Source of the DNA: a virus
DNA length: 64,000 nt
Virus record (IMG/VR): IMGVR_UViG_3300014325_000011
Coordinates: 32,001 to 96,000 of that record
Direction: 5' to 3' (one strand)
Shown here: positions 45,646-54,918 of the stretch, one piece after another
Layout: each line of letters opens with the position of its first letter
How positions within the stretch are numbered: the first letter of the stretch is position 1
Notes under the pieces: generated by a model
The model's input: only the letters and a program-made list of their open reading frames with translations
The model's database searches: none
Told to the model about the DNA's origin: nothing
Translations under genes and position numbers: made by a program

Positions 45646-46470
45646 CTACCCCTTGCCCGCGGCCTTGTTGCCGTGTTTCCGGCGCTGTCCGGGATCGGGT
45701 GGGAGTTCGGTGATCTGTTCGGCGAGGTCGTCTTCGGACAGGTCGTCGGTCTCGGGAACTGTGCCGGGGGTTTGCCGTTCGGCTCGTTGCTGGGCTGCGA
45801 GTGCGGCCAGGGCGGCAGCGGTAGCGAGAGGGGAGGCCGACGGTGCGACCTCACGGGTAGAGCCTGCGGTCGGATGGGCAGGTACGTCAGGGATGGTGGG
45901 CAGCAGCGGGTTGGTGTCCGATGCGGCCGGCGCGTCGGTGGGGAGAATCAGCTCAGGCAGTACACAGCATCGGCAGCGACCGTGCTGTGGTGGGCCGTCG
46001 TCGCCTGTCGGGAACGGAGCGTCGAGGGGGATCGGCCCGGCCGCTTCGTTGTCGTTGCATGGGTCACAGACCATGTCGTCCGACGATGTGAGCCAGCTTT
46101 TGCCTTCGATGCCCGCATCGGCGTAGCTCGCGAGGCTGGCGGCGGTCATGGCCCGGTTCATCTCGGTTGTGGCGACCAGCTCCGCCCAGCGGGAGTCGTC
46201 CAACACGCCTTGCAGGACCTGCGCGAGCTGGTCTACCGAGTCGCCGCGGGCTACCGCATCGGCCACAGCGGAGGCGAGACGGTCCAACCGGTGGTCTTCG
46301 ATGGAGGCGAGCAGCGAGCCGCGTTGTGCTGCCCGGTCGGACCAGCCGGGGTTGCGGCCGACGGCGGTGGCGATCAGCTCGTCCAACTTGGATGCTTGAC
46401 GGGCAGCGGGGATGGAGCCCGGGGTCCACGCATCCCAGTTGATCGAGGCATCTACGACCGGTGTGGCCAC
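45646..46470 (-). CDS. Mu gpF-like minor head protein (C-terminal domain)
   Basis: ATTEMNRAM, KSWLT..D..VC..C, FPTGDDGPPQHGRCRC. Confidence 0.8.
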   Translation of the reverse strand: MATPVVDASINWDAWTPGSIPAARQASKLDELIATAVGRNPGWSDRAAQRGSLLASIEDHRLDRLASAVADAVARGDSVDQLAQVLQGVLDDSRWAELVATTEMNRAMTAASLASYADAGIEGKSWLTSSDDMVCDPCNDNEAAGPIPLDAPFPTGDDGPPQHGRCRCCVLPELILPTDAPAASDTNPLLPTIPDVPAHPTAGSTREVAPSASPLATAAALAALAAQQRAERQTPGTVPETDDLSEDDLAEQITELPPDPGQRRKHGNKAAGKG

Positions 46471-46525
46471 AGGTCACCCACCAAGGTCACATGATCGAGC
46501 CTGTTCCCGCAGGTAGAATGGTGAC

Positions 46526-47209
46526 GTGGCCGACGATCGGCGCAAGCGGCGCAACCTCGAACGCGCATTGCGAACGACCAGTGGCAGATGCTGGAGCTGC
46601 GGCGCCCGCCTATCCATCAACGGCCTCACGTCCGGCACGGTTGCCGCTGTCGCCGAACTCATCACACCACCGAGCGCAGGTGGCACCTACCAAGCCCTCA
46701 ACATCCGGCCAAGTTGTGCGCCATGCAACCAAGCGCGCGCCACCCGCGTTGAAGCCGGGACCGCGACCGTCCACATGCCCACGTCGAACTCAAACCGAAT
46801 TCTGGCGTGGATCTTGGAGCGCGACGGGCCGGCCTGCTGCCACTGTGGAGTTCCGCTGTCGATCGAGGGTACTGCGCCGGGAACCGCCGCCGCCACCTTC
46901 GAACATGTACGCCCCGCCAGCAGAAAAGGTGCGCGCGTACTTCCCAATGGTCGTGCGGCCTGTCAGCCATGCAATAGCGCTCGCGGGTCGACAATCGGGA
47001 TTCTCGACGGGGACCACAGGCATGTGTACACGTCCCACGAGGATGGCGCTGAATGTGTGTTCTGCGGTAGGCCGATGTCCAGCAGGTCGCAGTATCGACA
47101 TCGACAGGAGGGTTGCCGATGCGAGGATCGCGCCCGGATGCTCGTGGAGGACCCGGAGGCCCTTTTGGCGCTGGCTTTCCCGCCGGACCGCTACCCCCTT
47201 CCGCGTTGA
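46526..47209 (+). CDS. Tandem HNH-domain endonuclease, leaderless
   Basis: Two CxxC...CxxCN units; the second has TFEHVRP; TAGAAT at 46514-46519. Confidence 0.75.
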   Translation: MADDRRKRRNLERALRTTSGRCWSCGARLSINGLTSGTVAAVAELITPPSAGGTYQALNIRPSCAPCNQARATRVEAGTATVHMPTSNSNRILAWILERDGPACCHCGVPLSIEGTAPGTAAATFEHVRPASRKGARVLPNGRAACQPCNSARGSTIGILDGDHRHVYTSHEDGAECVFCGRPMSSRSQYRHRQEGCRCEDRARMLVEDPEALLALAFPPDRYPLPR

Positions 47210-47285
47210 GGAAGGGGGTAGCCAGGTTGTGCGTGCTGGCGTCGTGGCCGCCTCAAGGTCGCGACGCCAGCACGGTCTCAGAGGG

Positions 47286-47627
47286 TCAGGTGCCGACCTT
47301 CTCAACGTGCTCGGACGGCGCATGGTTGTCATGCCAGTAGAACTCACCGCCCGGACCGACGGGTCGATGCTGACCGCAGGCCACGCAGTAGGTCGACCCG
47401 TAGAACACAGGATCGCGCGCATAAGTCTCGGCGATCGCGACACCCATTGTGGTTGTCGTCCCGCAGGTCTCATGCCAGTAGGTGCGCCGGACCGGTCGGA
47501 CGAACCCTCGGGCGCGTTCTTCGTCGCTCAGCACAAGGTAGACGGGCGCCTGCGGCTCGGGCTCCGAGTCAGCCGGGTCGGCACCGTGGGTGAGCCGTGG
47601 ATCGCTTGGGTCGGACGTTGTGGTCAT
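47286..47627 (-). CDS. Zn-binding hypothetical protein
   Basis: GAGGAGG RBS; HxxC...CxxC (YWHETCG, YCVACG). Confidence 0.65.
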   Translation of the reverse strand: MTTTSDPSDPRLTHGADPADSEPEPQAPVYLVLSDEERARGFVRPVRRTYWHETCGTTTTMGVAIAETYARDPVFYGSTYCVACGQHRPVGPGGEFYWHDNHAPSEHVEKVGT

Positions 47628-47637
47628 CAGGCCCTCC

Positions 47638-47877
47638 TCATCGACGGATGGGAACCAGCCAGTCGCCATCGCTGAGACTGACCGAACCGTCCGAACGCTG
47701 GTTGCAGGTCGCACAAGGCTGGCCCGCGCCACCACAGCCGCAGCAGCGATGGGACGGATCGGAACCGTCACGGACGACCGGCTGGCAGCAGTAGCCAGCC
47801 CACGGCTTGTCGGGATGTCTCTCGCAGACCCATTCGAGCCCGTCACAGGTGGGGCAGGGCCCTACGCGGGTATCCAT
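47638..47877 (-). CDS. Cys-rich small protein
   Basis: CPTC..WVCERHP..W...CGGAGQPCATCN. Confidence 0.6.
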   Translation of the reverse strand: MDTRVGPCPTCDGLEWVCERHPDKPWAGYCCQPVVRDGSDPSHRCCGCGGAGQPCATCNQRSDGSVSLSDGDWLVPIRR

Positions 47878-48104
47878 CGGCCCTCCCGCACGAACCCATG
47901 ATCGCCGCAGGCCGTACATAGCACCGACGGCGAGATGGTGGATGGCTGCTCGGACTCCAGCGTCCACCCTGCAGGTTCGCCGAAGTAGATCCAGCCATAC
48001 CGGCAGGGCTCGCCGTCTCTGCCCGGGTGGTCGATCTGCGCGCCGTGTAGCTCACCGTCGATCCGCCGATAGGTGAGCGTGTGACCGTGGCCCAGGTCAA
48101 TCAT
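47862..48104 (-). CDS. DUF6527-like small protein
   Basis: WTL....TISPSVLCTACGDHGFVREGRW. Confidence 0.6.
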   Translation of the reverse strand: MIDLGHGHTLTYRRIDGELHGAQIDHPGRDGEPCRYGWIYFGEPAGWTLESEQPSTISPSVLCTACGDHGFVREGRWIPA

Positions 48105-48288
48105 CGGCACAGTAGCCACAGACTGCTGACACCGTGCCGAACATGGTGGATGCGAAGCGCCATCCGACAGCCTCCAACGCGCGCCGGCCGTCAACCTCCG
48201 AAGCGATTGGGCCGAACTTGGCTGCGTCCTCGTCGTCGCCACACAGGTCACAGGTTGCGCGGACATCAAGGTGGACGTCGAGCGTCAT
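48097..48288 (-). CDS. Small zinc-ribbon protein
   Basis: CDLCG...GW...CGYC. Confidence 0.55.
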   Translation of the reverse strand: MTLDVHLDVRATCDLCGDDEDAAKFGPIASEVDGRRALEAVGWRFASTMFGTVSAVCGYCADD

Positions 48289-48303
48289 CTCCCAGCGCCC
48301 CCT

Positions 48304-48804
48304 TCAGAAGATGCTGCGCCCACCGCGCGGGGCTCCGGGTGCTTCCCGCATGAGCCGGTCGAGGTCGCGCAGTTCACGTTTCCGACCGGAGTCGTCAGGC
48401 TTCGCGGTCTTGAACTGGGGTGTCGGCCGGTGGTGGAGCGGCACGGCGACTGTCGGTGGCACTGACGGTTTCACCCGCACCACTGCGTCCTCTGCCGCTA
48501 CCTCGCCCGCTTTCCACCCTGCCCGGTAGACCTCGGTCAGCGCCGGGCCGAGCACACCCTTACGGGCATGCTGGCCGAGGATCATCCGTATCTCAGCCCG
48601 CAGAATCGTCGGGTCGGTGGTCGTCCCCGACGGCCAGCGGGACGCGAGGATCCCCGCCACTGCTTCGGCATCAATAAGCCGGTTCGCAGCCTGGGAGACG
48701 TGCCCCGCCATCCGTGGCCCTAGCTGGTCGTGGGCTTGGAAGCCCAGCCATGCCGCCCGCTCCCGTTGCCGGTTGCGGGCTTTCGGCTCGCCCCCCGCCA
48801 CCAC
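48304..48804 (-). CDS. Helical protein overlapping the portal 3' end; possible N-terminal part of MuF or frameshifted portal extension
   Basis: GGEPKA...WLGFQAHD...LTEVYRAGWKAG; start uncertain. Confidence 0.45.
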   Translation of the reverse strand: MVAGGEPKARNRQRERAAWLGFQAHDQLGPRMAGHVSQAANRLIDAEAVAGILASRWPSGTTTDPTILRAEIRMILGQHARKGVLGPALTEVYRAGWKAGEVAAEDAVVRVKPSVPPTVAVPLHHRPTPQFKTAKPDDSGRKRELRDLDRLMREAPGAPRGGRSIF

Positions 48805-50803
48805 CCGCCTTGCGGAGTTCGGCGGCGGTCGCCTTCGCGAGGCTTGCGGCGTCGGCGGGGGAGTCGTCCAACACCATGTGGTTGAGCGTCCGGGCCGTGT
48901 CGTCGTCCACCGTCGTGAAGGTGAACGGCCGGGCGGGTGTCTTCCCAGTCTTGGCGAGCCTTGCCGCCCAGGTGGCGAACGCGGACAGTTCGGCGGCACT
49001 GGCGGACTTCTCCGCACCCTTCACGGGCTTCTGTGTGTCGCCAGACTTCGCGTTGCCCTTGGCCGGGGGCTTCGAGCCAGCATCCGGGCTGCCCTCGTCG
49101 GGGGTCTGCTCGTCGCCGTCCTCCCGCTCGCTGGCGGGAGTGTTCAGTGGCTTCCCGGAGGGCAGGTTGCCTGCTTGCAGGTTCTGCTTCGCCGCTTCCG
49201 CACCGGCCTTGACCGCCTCACCCTGGGCTTCCTGCTGCTCCTGCAAGCCGCGGATGAACTGGGGGCCCATCCTCGACAGGATGTAGGGTTCGTCGGCTTC
49301 GGGCATGTCGGCGTAGGGGGCCATGCCCATTTCGTCGCGGGCTTCGTTCAGCGTCATCCGGCCCGACTCGACACGGGCCAGCAGGACGGCGTCGGCGGCG
49401 GCCTCGTCTTCCTCTTCCAGGCCAAGGAACCGGAACTCGATCGCCGGGTCGAGGCCGAGGTACCGGCGGTTGACCATGTTGAAGATGCCGGACAGCCACT
49501 TCGCCCACGGCAGGATCATCTTCCGGTACTGGATGTTCTCCTGACCCTCATGGTAGCTCGCCCCACCCAGTCCGCCGGTTTCGATGAACCCGATCTCCGC
49601 CGGGGTAACCTGGAACGACGCACAGATCAACTTGACGATGTAGGTGTCATACTCGGGCTTGTACAGTTCCGAGTTGTCGGCGAACTTCGCGAGCTTCCCA
49701 CCTGGCAGGCCGATCTGAATCCGCTGCCGCTCGGCAAGATCCCCGGCAAGCTGGGTGTTGATCGACCGCCGCCAGCGTTGCATCTCGTCCGGTGTCATCC
49801 GGACGCTCTCCGGCAACTCCATCAGCGCCAGGGGCAGCGCGTTCGAGTCGAACTGGCGGGTCATCCACTCGGCGCGCTTCATCCACAGATTGATCCGCAC
49901 CAGGGCGTTCTCCACCGGGCCGAAGCCGTAAGGGGACGACACCCGCTTGTTCCGCACCGAGTAGATCAGCTCGTCGGCTGACCTGCCACCATCAACCGTG
50001 CCATCCTTGCCGATGGGTGCGGTGAACTCGCCGCGGGGGAAGCCATACAGGATCTCTTGGAACGCAGGGTCCGGAGGCTTCGGCCTACGCCCACGATGAT
50101 CCAACAGCGGCTTGACAACGTCACCTGACATGTTCCACAGCGCGTAGAGATCATTGCCGTAGGTCAGATTCGCGTGCAGTGGCCAGGCGTCAAGGACCAG
50201 CACCTCTTCGAGGCCCACCCACAGCCAGTCGGCGAACTCCAAACCCTCGTCACGGTCCGGGGTCTGCCAGAAGTCCATCGCCTTGGCGATCTGCGGGGCC
50301 AGCTTCTCGCGAAGCTTCTGCTTCGCCTCCGTCTGCCGCAGACCTTCCAGTTCGGCCGCCGCGGCGATCGCCTTTTCGGAGACGACGATCGACCAGTCCA
50401 AACCGCAGACCTCGGTGCGGATCACCCGCATGCAGTCCTGGACAATGTCCGTCCGCGCTGCGGCCCGTAGCGTGTCGAACGGGATGAGCCTGTGTTCGCC
50501 GCCGGGGATGTTCCAGCCGACCGGATATTCCCAGGCCCTCGGATCGCTGCGACCATCCGGCCGCACCGGGTCGATGCCGTACGGCGGCAGGGGGGTCAGC
50601 GGGCCGAACGGCACCGTGTACGGCAACTCACGGGGAAGCGGCTCATACGAGCCGACCGGCATCCCGGACTGCATCGTCGCAAGGGCGTTGGCCTGCGCGG
50701 ACATGTCCCGGGTCTGCGCACCAGCCGCACGGGCGCCGGCCGCATAGCTGGCCTTGTCGAGGCGGCGGCGCTGCTGGGCGCGGCGACGGCTACGGGAGGA
50801 CAT
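48671..50803 (-). CDS. Portal protein
   Basis: YGFGPVE, ICASFQVTPAEIG, GRMTLNEARDEMG; follows the terminase. Confidence 0.9.
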   Translation of the reverse strand: MSSRSRRRAQQRRRLDKASYAAGARAAGAQTRDMSAQANALATMQSGMPVGSYEPLPRELPYTVPFGPLTPLPPYGIDPVRPDGRSDPRAWEYPVGWNIPGGEHRLIPFDTLRAAARTDIVQDCMRVIRTEVCGLDWSIVVSEKAIAAAAELEGLRQTEAKQKLREKLAPQIAKAMDFWQTPDRDEGLEFADWLWVGLEEVLVLDAWPLHANLTYGNDLYALWNMSGDVVKPLLDHRGRRPKPPDPAFQEILYGFPRGEFTAPIGKDGTVDGGRSADELIYSVRNKRVSSPYGFGPVENALVRINLWMKRAEWMTRQFDSNALPLALMELPESVRMTPDEMQRWRRSINTQLAGDLAERQRIQIGLPGGKLAKFADNSELYKPEYDTYIVKLICASFQVTPAEIGFIETGGLGGASYHEGQENIQYRKMILPWAKWLSGIFNMVNRRYLGLDPAIEFRFLGLEEEDEAAADAVLLARVESGRMTLNEARDEMGMAPYADMPEADEPYILSRMGPQFIRGLQEQQEAQGEAVKAGAEAAKQNLQAGNLPSGKPLNTPASEREDGDEQTPDEGSPDAGSKPPAKGNAKSGDTQKPVKGAEKSASAAELSAFATWAARLAKTGKTPARPFTFTTVDDDTARTLNHMVLDDSPADAASLAKATAAELRKAGGGGGRAESPQPATGAGGMAGLPSPRPARATDGGARLPGCEPAY

Positions 50804-50824
50804 CGGCCCTCCGCGGCGTTCAGG

Positions 50825-51106
50825 TCAGTTCCGGGCCTGCTCGGCTATCTCACGCCAGCGTCGGGCGTTCTCGGCAAGGGCGGCTGTCAGTGCATCCCGC
50901 AGCCGGGCGGCGTCCTGTTCGGACAGCTCGACGTACACCTCTGGGTCGGCGGCGGTATCCACGGTGGCGATCCGCACCGCATAGCCGGACGGTTCCGCGG
51001 CTGGGTGCATCCCGGTGCGGGCCACGTCGAGTTCGCGGCCGTCACAGTCGCGGATCGGCTCTGGCAGGTCGAGGGAACTCCAGATGCTCACAGCGGCCTC
51101 CGCCAA
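50825..51106 (-). CDS. Small hypothetical protein
   Basis: VELSEQDAARLRDAL; start probably GTG 51091. Confidence 0.5.
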   Translation of the reverse strand: MAEAAVSIWSSLDLPEPIRDCDGRELDVARTGMHPAAEPSGYAVRIATVDTAADPEVYVELSEQDAARLRDALTAALAENARRWREIAEQARN

Positions 51107-53561
51107 CCCTCCTGTGAGGTCTGGCCGGGGAACAGGTCGTCGATGCCCAACGGGGCTGGTGTCTCGTCGGGCGGAAGCTGGGGCTGTGACCCGGCGGCGT
51201 CCTCTTTGGCGAAGACGTGGTTCATGTAGAACTGCATCCCACCGATGTCGGCAAGATCAGTTATCGCCCAGACGCAGTTGTGGACCAGCACACCGTTCGC
51301 CACGAACTCGTGGACGTCGGCGACCTGTAGGTCATACACGTCCCGCAGCTCGGGCTCGGCGTAGAGCTGCACCACACGTCCGGCCGCAGGTCTCGGGCTT
51401 GACCCGGTACTTGTTCTGCCAGAACTCTGTTCCGCAGAGAGGACACGGCACGCGGACCTTGTAGGTGTTGGCGTCTCGGTGATCTTTTTCGATGCACTGT
51501 TTCGAGCAGTGCTTGGCTCCCCGGGGGTTGCGGCTGAGGAACTTCGTGCCGCAAGTGACACAGGTGTACTCGACGTGCTCACGGTCTTCCCAAGTCCGGG
51601 CGCCGTGTTCCCGGTGCCACGCTCGCCCCTCGTCGCTTCGGTGCCACTCGGAAGCCAAATGCCGGACATCGGCGAGATGAGCCTGTTGTCTTGGCCCTCG
51701 GTTCCGCTCCAAGACCTCGTCGGCGTGTTCGGCGAAGTGCTCCGGCGGACTGAGCGCGACAAGGTTCGAGGGGTCGTTGTTGAACGGGTCGTCGTCCTTG
51801 TGGTGGACGTGGTAGCCGTCGGGAATTGGACCGTGATGGCGCTTGTAGATCTCACGGTGGTACTGCTCAAGGCCGGAGCCACGAGGAGGCGAGTAGTAGA
51901 CCCGGTTGGCGCGCTGCCGGCCTTTCGGGTTCCGGGTATAACGCACGCCGTCGAGGTAGACGGAGATAGGCGATTCCATACCACGATTGTATCTGCCCAA
52001 ACCAGAGAATCGAGACGAGCCCATCCGCGATTCTCGGTCCAGACAAGGTGATCGGGAGTACCCGTAATCCGTCGCCCGTCAGCCGTAACTGCGGTCATCA
52101 CCCGGGCTTCGCGGCGCGTACAGCGCGTCGCTTCGACCAGACGCCATCCCGCGCGGGTCCACACCAGTTCGCCCGGCTGGACATCTTCAATCGGGACGTC
52201 ACCCCGACGCGCGAGAACCGTGGTACCCGCGATCAGGCAGGCGTCGAGCCTGTTCGGCGACCAGTCCGCGTCCGGCGTCCACGAGATCATCTCGTCCTCA
52301 AGGTCAGGTAGCCCGCCGACATGGTGCGCCCGGCCCTGCTCGTAGATCGCCGAGATCGGTTCGGCGCGGATCTTCTTACCGCGGCTGGCCGTGACCTTCG
52401 TGTAAGCCACGTTGTGATCCACATGGCGGATCGTCGACTCGACCATGTCCGCCCCGAAGTTGACCTCGGCGACGATCCTGTCCGCCTTGTACCGGTGGTA
52501 GGCGTCGACCGCGGCCCGAGCCCAACCATCCGGGCTCGCCTTCAACGTCAGGTCTTCCAACACCCAGAAGTGCTCCTGCGCGTCGACACCGGCTACGACG
52601 ATGCCCGTGTGGTCCGACTCGTCGTTGGCCGTACCTGCCGGGTCGATCGCGACCACGATCCGGACCAGAGTGGGTAGGTCTGTGAGCGCACGACGGTGCT
52701 CGTCGATGTTGCCCCGGGTCCACAGGGCGCCCGGGTTGTCGTCCAGGTATTCGCCGTACAGCTCCTGGCGGCCAAGACGGGTGCCCTCGTAGCGCTTGCG
52801 CAGTTCCGACAGGGCGGCAGCGGACAGGTTCGCCGCGTTGTCGAATGTCGAGCCGCGGGTGACGACTACCGAGCCGTCATCGCGGCCCATCCAGTCCTTG
52901 AGCAGGATCGATGGCTTCGGTGTGGTCGTGACGATGACCTGCGGGCGGCCGATGCGTAGCGCCGGGGCTAGGCCCTCAGTCCAGGACGCGCGGGCGTAAC
53001 GCCACTTGGCAATTTCATCGAACCAACCGCCGGACAGGTTCAGGCCACGGCCTACGTCGGCGTCATCCGCACCCAGCATGTGGATGATCTGGCCTGTGCT
53101 CAGCCTGATCTGCCAGAGCGACCGGTTATACACGTAGTCGACGTGGCGGTTGTTGAGCACGGTGCGAACACCGGCCGGACCTTCGACGCAGACCAGCCGA
53201 GCGTCGGAGAACGTTTCGGCGACGATCGCCCATTCGGTGGGAGAGCCGTCGGGAGCGGTTGGGGTGTCGAGGACGCGCTGAACCAGCGTCTCGGCACCCG
53301 TTCGACTTTTCCCCAACCACGTCCCGCCAGGATCAGCCAGACGAGCCAGTCGCCGTCAGGTGCCCGCTGGGCGGTCCGTGCATGCTTCCACGTAAACGTG
53401 CCGTGGGGTTCGCCGTCACAGTCGTCGAGGCCGCACGCCCACGGCTTGTCTGCCGTAACGGTGACGGCTTCGAGTTGCTGGCGCAGTTCGAGCTCCCGCC
53501 GAAGGAGGGCGAGGCGTCGTTCAGCTAGGGTCGCCGGTTTCGGCAAGGTCGCGGTGGACAA
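51088..53561 (-). CDS. terL: Terminase large subunit, intein-containing, with a -1 frame break in Walker A at 53307-53313
   Basis: WLILAGRGWGK|SRTGAE across two frames; WFDEIA, VTTTPKP, GRQELYG, VAIDPA, IVAEVNFG, SPNRLDA...CVWA. Confidence 0.9.
51332..51979 (-). CDS. HNH homing endonuclease with C-terminal zinc fingers, overprinted in the -1 frame inside the intein
   Basis: HREIY..HHGPIPDGYHVHHKDDDPFNNDPSNLVAL...EH; CxxC/CxxxC pairs; TACAAT lies 6 nt before the ATG. Confidence 0.9.
   Translation of the reverse strand: MESPISVYLDGVRYTRNPKGRQRANRVYYSPPRGSGLEQYHREIYKRHHGPIPDGYHVHHKDDDPFNNDPSNLVALSPPEHFAEHADEVLERNRGPRQQAHLADVRHLASEWHRSDEGRAWHREHGARTWEDREHVEYTCVTCGTKFLSRNPRGAKHCSKQCIEKDHRDANTYKVRVPCPLCGTEFWQNKYRVKPETCGRTCGAALRRARAAGRV
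51986..51991 (-). promoter_or_regulatory. Intein-internal -10 element (TACAAT) for leaderless HNH expression
   Basis: TACAAT-cgtggt-ATG; same spacing as other leaderless genes in this window. Confidence 0.6.
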
Positions 53562-54015
53562 GGCGGCGCTCCAACTCGGCGATCTCCGCTTCGATCTGGC
53601 CGACGGTTCGGACCTCAACCTTGGTCGGGGCGTCAAGGCCGAGGAGCTTCGCCCGACGGTCTTGGATCTTCAACAGCCGGTCGATGGCGGCGAGGATGGG
53701 TGCGTCGTCTTCCAACGGTTTGCCGTCGTGCCAGATGACGCCGTCTTTCTGGACGGTGTAGTGCTTGGCTTCGAGTACCTGCATGCCGGCCTGGTAAAGC
53801 CGGTCGAGGCGTTCGAGTTCGAGGGCGCGTAGTTCGTCGGCGGTTTCGCGGACGTCGGCGGCGATGATCCGCTGGACGGCGCGGTAGGCGACGCCGCGGT
53901 TCGGGTAGCGGAGTTCGGTGGCGATCTGCTCGTAGGTCTTGCCTGCGATCCGCATGCGGGCGGCGTCGGCGTCCCGGGCGGCGGTGGCAGGGTTGTTGCG
54001 GGCGCGGGGCGGCAT
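53521..54015 (-). CDS. terS: Terminase small subunit
   Basis: HTH (GKTYEQIATEL), LERLDRL, AIDRLLKIQDRRAKLLGLDAP; directly upstream of terL. Confidence 0.8.
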   Translation of the reverse strand: MPPRARNNPATAARDADAARMRIAGKTYEQIATELRYPNRGVAYRAVQRIIAADVRETADELRALELERLDRLYQAGMQVLEAKHYTVQKDGVIWHDGKPLEDDAPILAAIDRLLKIQDRRAKLLGLDAPTKVEVRTVGQIEAEIAELERRLVHRDLAETGDPS

Positions 54016-54123
54016 GTGTCACTCCCCGCGTTTCTGAAACGCGCCTAGTCATCGGCTTGCGTTTGGCTTACACTTGTCTTTCATGGGACGTAAACGTGCT
54101 GGTCAGCGGGTCGGGTCGTCGTC

Positions 54124-54342
54124 GTGGCCCGGGTAGCGCGGGTATCCGTCACGTTCCGGATGGCGCCGACGGCACGGGACCGGTTCGACCGGATCGCCGA
54201 GGTGACTACTGTCGACCGTTCGGACGTGATCCGCGACGCGCTCGGCCAGTGGCTCGGGCAGCGCGACAAGGACTGCGCCTACAAGCACAAAGGCCCGATC
54301 GTCGACGGTGCCTGTGGGCACTGTGGGAAGGAGTTGGGATGA
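54124..54342 (+). CDS. Ribbon-helix-helix (CopG-like) protein with Cys tail
   Basis: VSVTFRM....RFDRIA....RSDVIRDAL. Confidence 0.65.
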   Translation: MARVARVSVTFRMAPTARDRFDRIAEVTTVDRSDVIRDALGQWLGQRDKDCAYKHKGPIVDGACGHCGKELG

Positions 54343-54547
54343 CCGCGACCAGACGACCAGTCTCACCCGTCGGTGTTGCCGAGGTGAAGGCCCTTGAGAC
54401 CAGCAACCCGCGGTTGCAGTGCATGAGCCTCGGGCCGCCGCTCGGGCTGACCGGCATGGCCGGGGTGTACTGCCAGTCCCGTTCAACCAGCACGGCCACG
54501 ACTACGTCATTGACTGGGATGACGACAGCGCCGAGGGGGAGAAGTGA
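54339..54547 (+). pseudogene. Small Cys/His protein apparently frameshifted near 54478
   Basis: MTATRR...C..YCQ continues in another frame as PFNQHGHDYVIDW...EK, whose stop overlaps GTG 54544. Confidence 0.35.
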
Positions 54548-54918
54548 ACAGCCCGCCGGAGACCAAGCTCGACGTTGACCAGCTCCGCGTCCTCGCCGCC
54601 GTGGACCGGGGCTGGGTGGATTACCTGCCTGAGTACACGATCGGTTGGGGCAGCCGGCAGAGGACCATCATCGAGACCTACGAGATCAACAGTAGCGCCG
54701 GGGTGCTTCGCAAAGACGGTCAGACGTTCATGCGCGGCGAGCAGAAGACCGTGCGTGGCCGGGCGCTTCGCCGTCTCGGGTTCATCGAGATCGGCGACTC
54801 GGATGGCCGTCGCAAGCCGGTGACGGTCACCGAGAAGGGTCGACAGTACCTTGCGAAGGACCCGAGGTCGACGACCGTTCTCGACGCGGAATCAGCCAGT
54901 TCCCGCCACCGAGGCTGA
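54544..54918 (+). CDS. Winged-helix-like hypothetical protein
   Basis: QLRVLAAVDRG...ALRRLGFIEI...VTVTEKGRQYL. Confidence 0.6.
   Translation: MNSPPETKLDVDQLRVLAAVDRGWVDYLPEYTIGWGSRQRTIIETYEINSSAGVLRKDGQTFMRGEQKTVRGRALRRLGFIEIGDSDGRRKPVTVTEKGRQYLAKDPRSTTVLDAESASSRHRG

Larger units (their letters stand above)
51277..52239 (-). mobile_element. Intein (321 aa) in the terminase nuclease domain
   Basis: Block A CLIAGTTV; block B ITGTPDHLVW; block F VYDLQVADVHEFVANG; block G LVHN/C. Confidence 0.93.

Noticed and set aside
51332-51979. Ser/Thr-rich intein centre as a genuine mucin-like domain
   Set aside because: Its composition is the expected frame-shifted reading of the GC3-rich HNH gene.
53100-53306. 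3' part of ORF 53100-53636 as a separate protein
   Set aside because: Out-of-frame run-off after Walker A; the terminase motifs continue in the other frame.
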